From the NCBI GenBank assembly GCA_947648765.1, contig CANSOY010000003.1:1-59033 (forward strand): a DNA stretch of 59,033 nucleotides, written 5' to 3'. This DNA comes from an uncultured Clostridium sp. GTDB lineage: Bacteria > Bacillota > Clostridia > TANB77 > CAG-508. A program made the position numbers and the translations under genes. Every line of letters begins with the position of its first letter. Position 1 is the first letter of the stretch. This document shows, piece by piece, positions 19,801 through 31,123 of this stretch. A model generated the notes under the pieces. The model did no database searches, had not been told where the DNA came from, and worked only from the letters and a program-made list of their open reading frames with translations.

Positions 19801-20598
19801 CTTGGTGTACCTTCTCGTATGAACCTAGGGCAAGTACTCGAAGTACACTTAGGAATGGCAGCACGTGCACTTGGTTGGCATGTAGCAACACCAGTATTTG
19901 ACGGTGCAAAAGCATCTGAAATTGAAGAATTACTAGAAAAAGCTGGTATTTCAAAAGACGGAAAAACTACACTATATGACGGAAGAACCGGAGATCCATT
20001 TGATAAGCCAATCACGGTTGGAGTTATGTATATGTTAAAACTACACCACTTAGTAGACGACAAAATCCATGCTCGTTCAACTGGACCATACTCTTTAGTA
20101 ACGCAACAACCACTTGGAGGTAAAGCACAATTTGGTGGACAACGTTTTGGAGAAATGGAAGTATGGGCACTCGAAGCTTATGGTGCAGCTTATACCTTAC
20201 AAGAAATGCTAACCATTAAATCTGACGATGTTGTAGGAAGAGTAAAAACCTATGAAGCAATCGTAAAAGGTGAGAATGTACCAGAACCTGGTGTACCAGA
20301 AAGCTTCAAGGTACTTATCAAAGAACTACAATCATTAGGATTAGACATTAGATTATATTCCGAAGACAATAAAGAACTAGAACTCAAAGAAAACATTGAC
20401 GACGGAATTGACTTCAACATGGAAAATGAGAAAAAATTACAAGAAGAAGCAGTTTTAGACGAAGAAGAACTTGCAGCAGAAGGATATATGGAAGAGTCTG
20501 AATTAGAGGACGAGGAGGACGATACCATTTTCCCAGACCTAGATGACGAATTGGACATTGAGGACCTAGGTCAAGACGATTTATTAGACGAAGAATAA
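16882..20598 (+). CDS. rpoB: DNA-directed RNA polymerase subunit beta
   Basis: 1238 aa with unmistakable RpoB sequence ('[25 protein letters not shown]', 'SRHGNKGV', '[18 protein letters not shown]'). Acidic C-terminal tail. The start could instead be TTG at 16891. Confidence 0.99.
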   Translation: MIDLLKDVKYEKCTRKTFAKIGDSIEMPNLIKVQKDSYDWFVEEGLGEVLKDISPIIDYSGNLVLEFIDYYMEEKTKYTQEEAKERDATYSTRLHVKVRLINRETGEIKEQEIYLGDFPLMTESGTFIINGAERVVVSQLVRSPGCYYASDYDKTGKKIYTSTVMPIRGAWIEYETDANDVFYARVDRTRKIPVTTLLRAIGITTDEQMMELFGEEAKLTATIQKDPIKTQDDALIEIYKKLRPGELPTVDAAKNLFDGLFFDERRYDLAKVGRYKFNQKLSLATRITGCISYADIIHPETGEILVEKGAVISEEVAEEIQNTGINIVDVEIAEKPVRVIGNGTVNIYKFLADVDLKDLHIKEYVNYEVLKSIIDTTDKKDLKKVLKERVQDLVPKHITTEDMIASISYVFNLDHGLGNIDDIDHLGNRRIRCVGELLQNQFRIGLTRLERVVRERMTIQDLDIVTPQTLINTKPITSAIREFFGSSQLSQFMDQTNPLSELTHKRRISALGPGGLSRERAGFEVRDIHYTHYGRLCPVESPEGPNIGLISALSSFATINEYGFIETPYRKVDKETGKVTDIIEYMPADLEDKYIIAQASEPLDKDGKFVNHRIKVRHKEEITEVDREQVDYVDVSPKQLVSVAAAMIPFLEHDDVKRSLMGSNMQRQAVPLLIPESPLVGTGIEYRAAKDSGITITANNEGVVEKVAADEVRVRNKKGEVDVYHLRKFKRTNGGTCINQRPVVLEGEKIKVGDIIADGPSTKNGEMALGRNVLVAYTTWEGYNYEDAVLISERLVKEDVYTSIHIEEYDCECRDTKLGPEEITRDIPNVGDDGLKDLDENGIVRIGAEVRPGDILVGKVTPKGETELTAEERLLRAIFGEKAREVRDTSLRVPHGEAGTIVDVKIFTRDNSDELGPGVNQIIRCYIATKRKISVGDKMSGRHGNKGVISRILPEEDMPFMPDGTPVDIVLNPLGVPSRMNLGQVLEVHLGMAARALGWHVATPVFDGAKASEIEELLEKAGISKDGKTTLYDGRTGDPFDKPITVGVMYMLKLHHLVDDKIHARSTGPYSLVTQQPLGGKAQFGGQRFGEMEVWALEAYGAAYTLQEMLTIKSDDVVGRVKTYEAIVKGENVPEPGVPESFKVLIKELQSLGLDIRLYSEDNKELELKENIDDGIDFNMENEKKLQEEAVLDEEELAAEGYMEESELEDEEDDTIFPDLDDELDIEDLGQDDLLDEE

Positions 20599-20714
20599 AC
20601 TGAATAAAGGAGTATTTTGGCAGGGGCAGATGACAACAAAAGTATGCTCGAGCAGTGGTAAATTCTGCTTCTCTGCAAATGCCTTACCAAATTATCTTTA
20701 AGGGGGCTAAATTC

Positions 20715-23700
20715 GTGGACGAATTAGAAATCTTTGATAAAATCAAGATTGGACTCGCATCCGATGAAAAAATTAGAGAATGGTCAAAGGGAGAAGTTAA
20801 AAAACCAGAAACCATTAACTACCGTACATTAAAACCAGAAAAAGATGGATTATTCTGTGAGAGAATTTTTGGACCAACCAAAGATTGGGAATGTCATTGT
20901 GGTAAATATAAAAGAGTACGTTACAAAGGAATTGTTTGTGACCGTTGTGGAGTAGAAGTAACCAAAGCAAAAGTGAGAAGAGAAAGAATGGGTCATATCG
21001 AACTTGCTGCACCAGTTGCACACATTTGGTATTTCAAAGGAATCCCTTCTCGTATTGCTTTAATGTTAGACATCTCACCAAGAAGTTTGGAAAAAGTTAT
21101 TTACTTTGCATCTTACATTGTTGTAGATAAAGGAACAACAACACTTGCTAAAGCACAAGTATTAACCGAAAAGGAATACCATGAAGCAGTTGAAAAATTC
21201 GGAAAAGGATCTTTCAAAGCAGAAATGGGTGCAGAAGCAATCCGTAAACTATTAGAAGAGATTGACTTAGATAAATTAGCAACAAGTCTAAAGAAAGAAT
21301 TAGACCATGCAAGCGAGCAAAAGAAAGCAAAATTGGTAAAACGTTTAGACACGGTTGAGTCTTTCAAACTTTCAGATAACCGCCCAGAATGGATGGTTAT
21401 GAATGTTATTCCAGTTATCCCACCAGAAATTCGACCAATGGTACAATTAGATGGTGGAAGGTTTGCAACTTCGGACTTAAACGACCTTTATCGTCGTGTA
21501 ATTAACCGTAACAACCGTCTAAAAAGACTATTAGAATTAGGAGCACCAGAGATTATTGTACGTAACGAAAAAAGAATGTTACAAGAGTCTGTTGATGCCC
21601 TAATCGATAACGGAAGACGTGGAAGACCAGTAACAGGAGCTGGAAACCGTGCCTTAAAATCCTTGTCAGATATGTTAAAAGGAAAACAAGGACGTTTCCG
21701 TCAAAACTTACTTGGAAAAAGAGTTGACTACTCTGGTCGTTCGGTTATTGTTGTAGGACCAGAACTAAAAATCTATCAATGTGGACTTCCAAAAGAAATG
21801 GCAGTTGAATTATTCAAACCATTTGTTATGAAGGAACTTGTTGGTAGAGGAATCGCACATAACATTAAAAACGCAAAAAGAATGGTAGAAAGATTACGCC
21901 CAGAAGTATGGGATATCCTAGAAGACGTTATCCAAGACCATCCAGTTATGCTAAACCGTGCACCAACACTACATAGACTTGGTATTCAAGCATTTGAGCC
22001 AGTTCTAGTAGAAGGAAGAGCCATCAAACTACATCCATTAGTTTGTACAGCATTTAACGCAGACTTCGATGGAGACCAAATGGCAATTCACGTACCACTA
22101 TCTCCAGAAGCACAAGCAGAAGCAAGATTTTTAATGCTATCTGCAAACAACCTATTAAAACCACAAGATGGTAAGCCAGTAACGGTACCAACCCAAGATA
22201 TGATTTTAGGAAGTTACTACCTAACCATGGATGTTCCAAATGAACAGGGAGACGGAAATTACTTTGCTTCTCCAGAAGAAGCAATTATTGCTTACGAAAA
22301 CCACTCTTTGGGATTACATGCAAAAATTAAAGTACGTATTACCAAAGAACTAGAAAATGGTGATATCCGTCAAAAAACCATTGAAACAACCGTTGGTAGA
22401 ATTATCTACAATAGCGGAATTCCACAAGATTTAGGCTTTGTAGACCGTACCGACCCAGAACATGAATTAGATTATGAAGTAAACTTTGCCATTACGAAAA
22501 AGAATATTGGAAAAATCATTGGAAAATGTATCAATATTCATGGTTTAAGCAAAACAGCAGAATTACTAGACTATATCAAAGCAACTGGTTTCAAATATTC
22601 AACAACTGGTGGTATTACAGTATCCGTAGATGATGTAAAAGTACCAGAAGAAAAGAAAACTATCTTAGCAAAAGCAGACGAAGAAGTAGCCAATGTCTTA
22701 AAACAATACAAAAGAGGTTTAATTACTGAAAACGAGAGATATAACTCCGTTATTAAAATTTGGGAAAAAGCAACAGATGATGTAACCGCTAAAATGAAGG
22801 AAAACTTTGAAAAAGAAGACCTAAACCCAGTATTTATGATGAGCCAATCTGGAGCCAGAGGTAACATTAACCAGTTAAGACAAATTGCAGGTATGCGTGG
22901 AATGATGGCATCTACAACTGGTAAAACAGTTGAAATTCCAATCAAGTCCTGTTTCCGTGAGGGACTTGACCCACTTGAATACTTTATCTCTGCCCATGGT
23001 GCTAGAAAAGGACTTGCCGATACAGCACTTCGTACAGCAGACTCTGGTTACCTAACCAGAAGACTTGTTGATGTATCGCAAGACATTATTGTAAGAGAAC
23101 ATGACTGTGGAACCACAGAAGGTGTTGAATTAACAGATATTATGGATGGAAACCAAACCATCGAAAAATTATCTGAGAGACTACTTGGAAGATATCCACT
23201 ACACGATATTATCCATCCAGAAACCAAGGAAGTGCTTGCTACAACGGATACCTTAATTACCGAAGCAATCGCAGACAAGATTGTTGCAGCCGGAATTAAG
23301 AAAGTAGAAGTTCGTTCTGTTTATGGCTGTCATACCAAACATGGTGTATGTAGCAAATGTTATGGAATGGCACTTGCAGGACGTGAAGAAGCAAACATTG
23401 GTGAAGCTGTTGGTATTATTGCCGCACAATCCATTGGTGAGCCAGGTACACAGCTTACCATGAGAACCATCCACTCTGGTGGTGTTGCTGGTGTAGCAGA
23501 TATTACACAAGGTCTTCCTCGTGTAGAAGAGTTATTTGAAGCGAGAAAACCAAAGGGTCTTGCTATCATTTCGGAAATTGATGGTAAAGTAAAAATTTCA
23601 GATAACAAAAACAGAAAAGAAATTACCGTAACATCAAAAGATAATAGCAAGAGCTATCTAATCCCATTTGGTGCAAAGATTGCCGTAAAAGAAGACCAAG

Positions 23701-24299
23701 AAGTAGAAGCAGGCGACCCATTAACCGAGGGTTCCATCAATCCAAATGAAATTCTTATCATTAAAGGGGCAAAAGGTGTATTTGAATACCTTGTACAAGA
23801 GGTACAAAAAGTATATCGTAACCAAGGTGTTGATATTAACGATAAACACATTGAGGTTATTGCAAGACAAATGCTTAAGAAAGTTCGTGTGGAAGACAAT
23901 GGAGATACCGACCTATTCCCAGGTTCTTTAATCGATGTTTACGAACTAGAAGTAAAGAACAAAGAAATGGAAGCAGAGGGCAAACGCCCAGCAACTGCAA
24001 AACAAGTGCTACTTGGTATTACCAAAGCATCACTTGCAACAGACAGTTTCTTATCTGCTGCATCTTTCCAAGAAACCACAAGAGTATTAACAGAAGCAGC
24101 AATCAAAGGTAAAGTAGACGAGTTAGTAGGATTAAAAGAAAATGTTATCATTGGTAAGTTAATCCCAGCAGGAACTGGAGTAAACCCATACAAGAATACA
24201 CGCATTAGCACAGACTATGACGAAGTAGCAACCGAAAATGTGGAAGAAGCGGAAAATCCAGTAGAAGAAACCGAAACACCAGAAGGTGTAGAAGAATAA
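20715..24299 (+). CDS. rpoC: DNA-directed RNA polymerase subunit beta'
   Basis: GTG at 20715 after AAGGGGG. Zn-finger '[23 protein letters not shown]' and catalytic '[10 protein letters not shown]'. The ORF-track start at 20655 is an upstream extension. Confidence 0.99.
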   Translation: MDELEIFDKIKIGLASDEKIREWSKGEVKKPETINYRTLKPEKDGLFCERIFGPTKDWECHCGKYKRVRYKGIVCDRCGVEVTKAKVRRERMGHIELAAPVAHIWYFKGIPSRIALMLDISPRSLEKVIYFASYIVVDKGTTTLAKAQVLTEKEYHEAVEKFGKGSFKAEMGAEAIRKLLEEIDLDKLATSLKKELDHASEQKKAKLVKRLDTVESFKLSDNRPEWMVMNVIPVIPPEIRPMVQLDGGRFATSDLNDLYRRVINRNNRLKRLLELGAPEIIVRNEKRMLQESVDALIDNGRRGRPVTGAGNRALKSLSDMLKGKQGRFRQNLLGKRVDYSGRSVIVVGPELKIYQCGLPKEMAVELFKPFVMKELVGRGIAHNIKNAKRMVERLRPEVWDILEDVIQDHPVMLNRAPTLHRLGIQAFEPVLVEGRAIKLHPLVCTAFNADFDGDQMAIHVPLSPEAQAEARFLMLSANNLLKPQDGKPVTVPTQDMILGSYYLTMDVPNEQGDGNYFASPEEAIIAYENHSLGLHAKIKVRITKELENGDIRQKTIETTVGRIIYNSGIPQDLGFVDRTDPEHELDYEVNFAITKKNIGKIIGKCINIHGLSKTAELLDYIKATGFKYSTTGGITVSVDDVKVPEEKKTILAKADEEVANVLKQYKRGLITENERYNSVIKIWEKATDDVTAKMKENFEKEDLNPVFMMSQSGARGNINQLRQIAGMRGMMASTTGKTVEIPIKSCFREGLDPLEYFISAHGARKGLADTALRTADSGYLTRRLVDVSQDIIVREHDCGTTEGVELTDIMDGNQTIEKLSERLLGRYPLHDIIHPETKEVLATTDTLITEAIADKIVAAGIKKVEVRSVYGCHTKHGVCSKCYGMALAGREEANIGEAVGIIAAQSIGEPGTQLTMRTIHSGGVAGVADITQGLPRVEELFEARKPKGLAIISEIDGKVKISDNKNRKEITVTSKDNSKSYLIPFGAKIAVKEDQEVEAGDPLTEGSINPNEILIIKGAKGVFEYLVQEVQKVYRNQGVDINDKHIEVIARQMLKKVRVEDNGDTDLFPGSLIDVYELEVKNKEMEAEGKRPATAKQVLLGITKASLATDSFLSAASFQETTRVLTEAAIKGKVDELVGLKENVIIGKLIPAGTGVNPYKNTRISTDYDEVATENVEEAENPVEETETPEGVEE

Positions 24300-24307
24300 A
24301 AAGGAAA

Positions 24308-24335
24308 GAAGGAGTAAAAATACTCCTTCTTTTTA
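24308..24335 (+). terminator. rho-independent terminator of rpoC
   Basis: AGAAGGAGTA-AAA-TACTCCTTCT plus T-run. Confidence 0.8.
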
Positions 24336-24631
24336 TATGTAGAAACAGGAATTTTTTTACAAACAACAATAGTGCTTAAGAATTCAAGCAATTTGACAAA
24401 AAAATAAATTAGCAGTAAAATCCTTGAAGAAGGAGGTTTTGTAAAAAGCAGAAAAACCTAAAATTCTGCGTGCATGGGGTAATCTAATTAAACTTCATGC
24501 TCATGGTATTTTTCTTTGGTACGATTGAAACTTAGAAAATACTGTGAAAAATTTTGGTATTAGGAGGGATAATCTAACCAAAAAGTAAATTAACTAACCA
24601 CACATTTAACGAATTAAAAAGGAGTATCAAA

Positions 24632-27600
24632 ATGAAAACCAATCTTAGCGAGCGGATGATAAGCCTTATTCTGGCTATCGTTTTGCTGGTCGGTGTTTTA
24701 CCGACAGCTGCCTTCGCAACCGAAGAAGAGGAAGCAACGACGACTACCACTGAAAACGTGGAAATGGTACCTGTGGGCGACGACGAAGAAACTGTAACGG
24801 ATGAAGTTACAGAGGACACCGAACTGCCTGCCGAAGAGGTTATCGAAACCACAACCGAACCTGTAGAAGAAGAGGCGGAAAATGTAACTACTCCCGCTGA
24901 ACAAGATGCAGTAAATACCATTGTAACTACTGCTGAAGCGGACGTGGTAAATGTAACCAACGGAAAAACCTTCACTATGCAAGGTAGGTATCTTGATTTG
25001 CTGCACAATCATAGTGAATATGGTGTGCAGGACTACCTCATTAGCGAATGGCAGGATGAAATTCGCATCTATTTTATGGAAGGCGACACCAGCAGTATAA
25101 CGTTCAAGGTGTGGGACAGCGGAAGCGACAGCCTTGCCAATAGCTTTGGTGTACGTGCTACCACGAACGTCTGGTTTATGAGTTATATCTATGATAAAAA
25201 CACTCTAACCCAGATTCGGTCGTCAAGACAGCTGATGCCCACAACGGACATGCGCATCTATAGTTACTCTTTTGCAGCGAGCTTTGACATCTATAAGACG
25301 AGTGCTTTGGATGGAAATTTCAAAGAGTTTTTCTATGATGCCAACAATACTCGGCCCGGCGTTCCTGATACGACTATTCCAGAGGATGCTGTAACAGTAA
25401 CCAATGGAAAGACCTTCACTATGCAAGGCAAATATCTCAAACTATTGCAAAGTCATAACTACTATGGCACGAGAGATTACATTGCGAGTGAATGGCAGGA
25501 CGAGATTAGGTTCTATTTCTTTGAAGACATAAGCAATGTAGAGTTTAGTGTCTGGGATAGCGGAAACGACGGCCTTGTCAGTAGCTTTGGCGCGCGGCCT
25601 TCGCGAAATGTATGGGCTATAGAGTATGTGTATGATAAAGATACTCTGATTCAAAAACGTTCGTCGAGACAGTTGTTTTCTACGGGCGATGCACGTACCT
25701 ACAGCTATTTTTTCGTTTCAAGTTTTAACATCTATGCAAATACCAATTATGAGGATGCTAACTTGTTTTTCGACCGCAGTGGCACTTTGCCCGGAATCGT
25801 GCCTGGGAATCCACCAGAAGATTTATGGAATTTCACAAGTGGAACTACCTTTTCGGCAACGGGTACTCTTTTGTGGCTACTTCAAAACCACAGTGAATAT
25901 GGTGCGGAAAATTACATTGCGTATGAGGGAGATACGGAATTCAGAATCCTATTTTTCCATAATGCAAGTAATGTGAAGTTTACGGTATGTAACAATTCCG
26001 TTACTTCTTTTGGAATTAGCCCATCACAAGATGTACCATTTACAGAGTATGCCTACAATAAGGATACCCTGCGGCTGAAACGGGCAAGAGAAAAGACCTT
26101 TACCGTAGAAAATGACTATGTCTTTAAGAACCCATTTACAGCAAGTATCGTTATTTATGCAGATGGTTCTGATGGCAAAAAATTCTTTGACCCTAATCAG
26201 AACTTGTCGGAGAACCCAACCCTGCATCCTTCCGAGGATATTTCCTTCACGACTAATCGCAAGACATTTACCCTGCCGGGAGCATATGCTTGGTTGTTAT
26301 TAAACCAAGAAGAGTATGGGAAGAAAGACTATTTTGCTTACCAAGATGGTAATAGTTTCGTAATTTCTTTCTTTGATAACATAAGCGGGGTAAAGTTTAC
26401 CAGAAGGAACAACGGCCACTATGATTCTTTTGGCATGAAAGTTTCTGCTCAGGTAAAGTTTGTAGAGTATACTTACGACACAAATACTTTTATGCTAAAA
26501 AGTCTTACGAACAGAACGATAGACGCAGGTGGCGAAATCACTTGTGCAGAACGCAATTTCATAGCAAGTTTCGATATTCGTATGGCCGATGCCGATGACC
26601 AGTATTTCTATATGGTTAACGGTGAACAATTACCTACTCTTCCTCCGAAATATGAAAAAAAAGAGTGGAAAGAGGAGAATGCACAAAAGTTCCATATGGA
26701 TGAAGTGTACTGTAAGAAGATTAGGGAATGTCCCGAATATAAGCAAGGACAGCGTTATCTTGCTTATCTGTGGTTAAACGACTTCGTGATTTGGTTTTTC
26801 GATGACCCTAATGTACAATTTAGTGTATGGGACAGAAGTGGAAACAAACTTAGAAACTCCTTTGGAGTAAATCCGTCTGTTGATACACAGTTTAAGGCAT
26901 ATGTGTTCAGTACAACGACATTAAACCTGAAATCTGAAGCTGTTAATCCCCTAGGGAAAAACAGCGGATACATACTTGTCTACGACTTTGTATCCAACAT
27001 CGACATCTACACGGATGAAAGCTACCTGAATTACTTTTATAAGGGAAATGGCGATTATGTGAAGAATACGACGGATGGCAGAACTTTTGCCATCCCGAAT
27101 GCTGCATATGAGGAAGTCAAGGACCTTATAAGTGATTTGCGCGGAGGCGATGAAAATAGTGAAAATTATATAGCCTTTGCGTCAGGCGACGAATTCAAAG
27201 TATGGTTCCTTAACGACAATGACGTACGATTTTGTGTAAAGGAGAGTGATACGAGTACCTTTAAGTTGCAGCCCGCTTCTAACACACGAGCTACGGAATA
27301 TGTGTTTGATAGAACTACTCTGACACAGAAAGAAGAAGGACTTCAAATTGTTGCATTGCAAAAGTCCGGAGAGTATCCGTTCAACAATAATTTTTTCGCA
27401 AACTTTAATATCTATTCGGACGATACCTACTCGGAGTATTTCTATAACGCAGCACATAGCAATGTTGAGTTTACCCGAACGTTCCAACCGCTCAAACCAA
27501 AGGAAGCTGAAGCGTTTTTGAGGTTCCTTACAGATGTTGGCTGGCTCGTTAACGTCAAGAAGGAGATGCCTGAATATTACAATCTCCTCATTGGCGAAAT

Positions 27601-28243
27601 TAAAGACCCGAAAGAAGAATTAAGGACAAGAGCAGAGTTTCTATTTTTTGCCGGACATTGTATAAGTCTTCAGCAGGCACAGTGGAAGTATCAAATGAAT
27701 TGGGGTACTAATAATTTGCAAACTTGGTTAAATAATCGAGACAACTTACACGAGTTTTTGCTCATTGATCCCTATAGTCCACAAAGTCTCGCAGACGAAA
27801 ATAATTCCGGAAATGAAGAATTAACCGAAGCAGAGAAAAAAGCAAAGATTGAAGAAAACATTAAAGGTATCATTATAGCTTCACTTCAACGCTTGGAGGA
27901 CTTGCTTAAACTAAAGTATAATCAAGATAAAGTCAAAGAAATACTTGCCGGTGTCGAAGATCCGACTAATGCACTGGACTTGATGAGTGTTGGTTTTGCA
28001 TTAGTAAACGGGTTAGGTGTAGCAAGAGCAGAGAAAAATATGAGTGATATCAACCTCTTAGCTGCACACAGGAGAATTCTAGGAGCAATTGAGGGTGGCG
28101 ATGAGTTGGCAATCGAAAGAGCAAGGGCAGAATACGCTCTTGTTGAAACCTATAAAGCCACGTTCTCAAATCCTGACAAAGCAAAAAAATACGCTGAATA
28201 CCTATTTTCAATTGAGCGGAGTATGTTTAATTATCCCTTTTAA
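24632..28243 (+). CDS. secreted protein: signal peptide, acidic T/E linker, six ~140-aa repeats of an unrecognised domain, ~260-aa helical C-terminal domain. G+C-enriched, probably acquired.
   Basis: Signal peptide 'LILAIVLLVGVLPTAAFA|TEE'. Repeats start near 24944, 25388, 25823, 26240, 26670 and 27061 ('NGKTFTMQG(R/K)YL.LL...EYG..DYIA...F.I.FF......F.VWD.....SFG.....V...YVYDK.TL......'). Uses CGG, CTG, GCC and CCC codons that are rare in flanking genes. Confidence 0.8.
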   Translation: MKTNLSERMISLILAIVLLVGVLPTAAFATEEEEATTTTTENVEMVPVGDDEETVTDEVTEDTELPAEEVIETTTEPVEEEAENVTTPAEQDAVNTIVTTAEADVVNVTNGKTFTMQGRYLDLLHNHSEYGVQDYLISEWQDEIRIYFMEGDTSSITFKVWDSGSDSLANSFGVRATTNVWFMSYIYDKNTLTQIRSSRQLMPTTDMRIYSYSFAASFDIYKTSALDGNFKEFFYDANNTRPGVPDTTIPEDAVTVTNGKTFTMQGKYLKLLQSHNYYGTRDYIASEWQDEIRFYFFEDISNVEFSVWDSGNDGLVSSFGARPSRNVWAIEYVYDKDTLIQKRSSRQLFSTGDARTYSYFFVSSFNIYANTNYEDANLFFDRSGTLPGIVPGNPPEDLWNFTSGTTFSATGTLLWLLQNHSEYGAENYIAYEGDTEFRILFFHNASNVKFTVCNNSVTSFGISPSQDVPFTEYAYNKDTLRLKRAREKTFTVENDYVFKNPFTASIVIYADGSDGKKFFDPNQNLSENPTLHPSEDISFTTNRKTFTLPGAYAWLLLNQEEYGKKDYFAYQDGNSFVISFFDNISGVKFTRRNNGHYDSFGMKVSAQVKFVEYTYDTNTFMLKSLTNRTIDAGGEITCAERNFIASFDIRMADADDQYFYMVNGEQLPTLPPKYEKKEWKEENAQKFHMDEVYCKKIRECPEYKQGQRYLAYLWLNDFVIWFFDDPNVQFSVWDRSGNKLRNSFGVNPSVDTQFKAYVFSTTTLNLKSEAVNPLGKNSGYILVYDFVSNIDIYTDESYLNYFYKGNGDYVKNTTDGRTFAIPNAAYEEVKDLISDLRGGDENSENYIAFASGDEFKVWFLNDNDVRFCVKESDTSTFKLQPASNTRATEYVFDRTTLTQKEEGLQIVALQKSGEYPFNNNFFANFNIYSDDTYSEYFYNAAHSNVEFTRTFQPLKPKEAEAFLRFLTDVGWLVNVKKEMPEYYNLLIGEIKDPKEELRTRAEFLFFAGHCISLQQAQWKYQMNWGTNNLQTWLNNRDNLHEFLLIDPYSPQSLADENNSGNEELTEAEKKAKIEENIKGIIIASLQRLEDLLKLKYNQDKVKEILAGVEDPTNALDLMSVGFALVNGLGVARAEKNMSDINLLAAHRRILGAIEGGDELAIERARAEYALVETYKATFSNPDKAKKYAEYLFSIERSMFNYPF

Positions 28244-28251
28244 TACCTAAT

Positions 28252-28287
28252 GGGCGGGGGTGCATTTTAACAAATGCGCCCCCGCCC
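28252..28287. terminator. GC-rich bidirectional terminator between convergent genes
   Basis: GGGCGGGGGTGCATT-TTAACAA-AATGCGCCCCCGCCC. Confidence 0.8.
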
Positions 28288-28311
28288 TTATATTTTATTA
28301 TTGTACTTAAT

Positions 28312-29067
28312 TTATAATTTGGGTTCTGCCAAATCGATATCTTTCACAGTGCCGAAAGATAAGTTTTTTATTGTGGAGTCTGGTTCAGAAGGAGTAGCAT
28401 TTGAGTCTATGCGCTCCCTACCAACATAAAAGCCGGTCGATTTTTCTATCCAATATGCGTAATATTTTTTTGTATCATAACGATATGCTTTTACAATAAT
28501 ACAACTTCTTCCGTCTAAAATATCGTCTTTTACATAGGCAAAATCTGGCAGGTGTCTATCTTGGTGTTCAATTAGTTCGACTAATTCTTCTTGAAATAGA
28601 CTCTTACTTCCTATGGCATAGTTTGCAGTATTCTTAATTTTATCTACATGATTAAATCTATTGGTTATATCTTTATCAAAATTTACTATATCAGTAGTTA
28701 ATCTTTCAGCATTTTCAATAGACGCGATGGTAGAAGATAGACCATAACTTTCACGTTTCAATTTTGAACTTTTGTAATATTGTTTATAAAGGAGACTACT
28801 CGAATGAATTTCATAATATACATTGTCTTTTTCTCGTATTGTTTCTTTCCCTTTTAGAATTAACTTCTCAATATCTTCACTTGAATAACCAGAAGAACTG
28901 GAAGGAGTGGAGAAATCAGAGGAATTAGAAACATTGCTGAGACTAGAAATTGGTGCTTCTGGTGTTGGTGTGGGAGAATTTGCTGAAATATTTCCATTCA
29001 TTTTGAAATATAAGATAATGGCTAATACTGCAATCAATGCAAGTAGAGCAAGCACAAATTTTTTCAT
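28312..29067 (-). CDS. hypothetical membrane-anchored extracytoplasmic protein
   Basis: 251 aa. N-terminal TM 'FVLALLALIAVLAIILYF', an S/P/T-rich linker, then a globular domain. Low G+C like the host. Confidence 0.55.
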   Translation of the reverse strand: MKKFVLALLALIAVLAIILYFKMNGNISANSPTPTPEAPISSLSNVSNSSDFSTPSSSSGYSSEDIEKLILKGKETIREKDNVYYEIHSSSLLYKQYYKSSKLKRESYGLSSTIASIENAERLTTDIVNFDKDITNRFNHVDKIKNTANYAIGSKSLFQEELVELIEHQDRHLPDFAYVKDDILDGRSCIIVKAYRYDTKKYYAYWIEKSTGFYVGRERIDSNATPSEPDSTIKNLSFGTVKDIDLAEPKL

Positions 29068-29199
29068 AATTCTTCCCCCTTTTTTTACATATAAAAAGTA
29101 TATCTTAGCCCAATGGGATTGTCAAGTTATCGAAAGCCTGATTGGTGTTTACTATCTTTTCACATTTATGATACAATAGAGAAAAAAGTGGAGGAAAGT

Positions 29200-30381
29200 A
29201 TGAAAAATAGTTTGATTGAAGTAGCAGCCAATGAGAAAAATCCAAAATGGGAAAATATTATTCGTCGTAAACAACCGCTATATGTTAGAAATAACGAAAT
29301 GCGTTCGGAATTTGGACGAGATTATACAAGAGTAATCCATAGTTTGGCATATCGCAGGATGAAGCATAAAACACAAGTCTTTTTCTCCCCGCAAAATGAC
29401 CATATTTGTACAAGAATAGAGCACGTTACGCACGTCGAGTCCATCAGTTATACCATTGCTAATTACCTAGGACTTAATGTAGAACTTACCAAAGCCATTG
29501 CAACAGCCCATGATATTGGGCATAGTCCTTTTGGACACCAAGGGGAAAAGTTTTTATCTAAACTTTCCCAAAGAGATATTGGAGAACGTTTTTGGCACGA
29601 GAAAAATGGGTTAGAAATGGTAGATAAAATTGAGTTACTAGAAGACCCAAACGGAAACAAGCAAAATATGAACTTAACGTATAGTGTGCGAGATGGTATT
29701 ATTTCACATTGTGGCGAGATTGACGAAAACAAGGTAAAACCAAGAGAAGAGTGTATTTCCCTAGATGAATATGTACGACCAAACCAATTCGCTCCCTACA
29801 CGTGGGAAGCATGTGTGGTAAAAATAGCGGATAAGATTTCCTATCTTGGTCGAGATATATCAGATGCCATTACACTTGGAATTTTAGACAGCGACCGAAA
29901 AGAATTAAATGGCATTTTGCACCCAGACAATGACCGTATTATTAACAACACTAATATTATTAACGATTTCATTTTTGACTTATGCAATCACTCGAACCCA
30001 GAAGATGGACTATGTTTTTCAGACGAAATGTTTCAACTAATGAATCAACTAAAACGATTTAATTATGAGAAAATCTATTTATCTGAAAAATTAGTAAAAT
30101 CCACCCATTATTTCGAACTCATTTTAACAACCATTTATGATGTGCTCAAAAAATCTTTTGCAGACAGAGAAGGAGCAAGAAAAATTTGTCCAGAATTGCT
30201 TACAGATTTTGAACAATGGTTAGTCGATTATTGGGATGGAGAGCGACCAGAAACGAACCAAAATGAAGTATTTATTCATAGGAAAGACGAAAAAAGTTAT
30301 ATTCAAGCCATTTTATATTATATTGCAGGAATGACGGATAACTATGCAACGAATATGTATTACAAGATTATTCAATATTAG
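29200..30381 (+). CDS. dgt: dGTP triphosphohydrolase-like HD-domain protein
   Basis: ATG at 29200 after GGAGGAAAG. 'RDYTRVIHSLAYRRMKHKTQVF', 'TRIEHVTHV', 'AHDIGHSPFGH', 'YIAGMTDNYA'. Confidence 0.85.
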   Translation: MKNSLIEVAANEKNPKWENIIRRKQPLYVRNNEMRSEFGRDYTRVIHSLAYRRMKHKTQVFFSPQNDHICTRIEHVTHVESISYTIANYLGLNVELTKAIATAHDIGHSPFGHQGEKFLSKLSQRDIGERFWHEKNGLEMVDKIELLEDPNGNKQNMNLTYSVRDGIISHCGEIDENKVKPREECISLDEYVRPNQFAPYTWEACVVKIADKISYLGRDISDAITLGILDSDRKELNGILHPDNDRIINNTNIINDFIFDLCNHSNPEDGLCFSDEMFQLMNQLKRFNYEKIYLSEKLVKSTHYFELILTTIYDVLKKSFADREGARKICPELLTDFEQWLVDYWDGERPETNQNEVFIHRKDEKSYIQAILYYIAGMTDNYATNMYYKIIQY

Positions 30382-30386
30382 ATCTA

Positions 30387-30412
30387 AAAGCCTTGTGGAA
30401 ACAAGGCTTTTT
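30387..30412 (+). terminator. rho-independent terminator
   Basis: AAAGCCTTGT-GGAA-ACAAGGCTTT plus TT. Confidence 0.8.
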
Positions 30413-30665
30413 GTTGGATATATGGTAAGCATGCCAAAATCTTACATCTCTCAGGTTTCCCCTGTTTGCCATCGGCGTGTGGTCGGCACAATATTTTACC
30501 ACCACATATATCTGTTAGAAAAGTATAGCATAAATTGGGAAAAAACACAAAAATTTGAAAAACGTACCAAATTGGTGTATAATAGAAGGTGCTAAGCACG
30601 TTGTAGCAAGGCTTCGAGAAAGTCCAAAGAAGCCAAAATGTAGCACACGAGAAAGAGAAGGAGAA

Positions 30666-30983
30666 ATGCCTGTGGACACCATTGCAATGTTATATCTCTT
30701 TTTGAGAAAAGCAATCACTACCCTCTGTTTCTTTTATGCAATCTTAACCGTGTTAGAAATCCTTGCAGGGAGAAAGAGGGACAAGAAAAGTTGTACCATA
30801 GCAATCTTTTTATGCGACGCCATCTTTGGGATGGGGCTTGCCCTACTTTTCCTTTGCCAATATTTCCAAATGCCAATCGATATGAGTATATTTCTCTTGC
30901 TGATTGCTTCAGCGATGGGGGCACTCATGAACTATGAGGCATACAAGGTTATAAAGCAAGTGGAAGACGACCAGAAAAAGTAA
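30666..30983 (+). CDS. small hypothetical membrane protein (3 TM helices)
   Basis: ATG at 30666 after GAAGGAG. 105 aa. Preceded by a TTGAAA-17-TATAAT promoter (about 30555-30584) and an ~80-nt leader. Confidence 0.45.
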   Translation: MPVDTIAMLYLFLRKAITTLCFFYAILTVLEILAGRKRDKKSCTIAIFLCDAIFGMGLALLFLCQYFQMPIDMSIFLLLIASAMGALMNYEAYKVIKQVEDDQKK

Positions 30984-31123
30984 CGAAAAATGGTGTGTGC
31001 TACAAAGGAAAACCGAGCAGGAGAAAAAATTCCTGCTCGGCTTCCTTTTTTGAATGCTAAATGAAAATCAAAATAAATTCACAAATGCCCAATAGATAGA
31101 ACAAGTATAGAAAAAAGATTTTG

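Noticed and set aside
20655-20714. Upstream ORF-track extensions of rpoC (20655), uraA (31524), ftsH (47468), dgt (29113), NUDIX (56232), ORF 34179 and ORF 41928
   Set aside because: The extensions lack an RBS, run through promoters or terminators, and add non-homologous residues. Internal starts with good RBSs were preferred.
17000-24300. Numerous 60-135-aa ORFs antisense to or out of frame within rpoB/rpoC (e.g. 19656-20063 -, 22571-22945 -)
   Set aside because: They lie inside unmistakable RpoB/RpoC coding sequence and have no independent signals.
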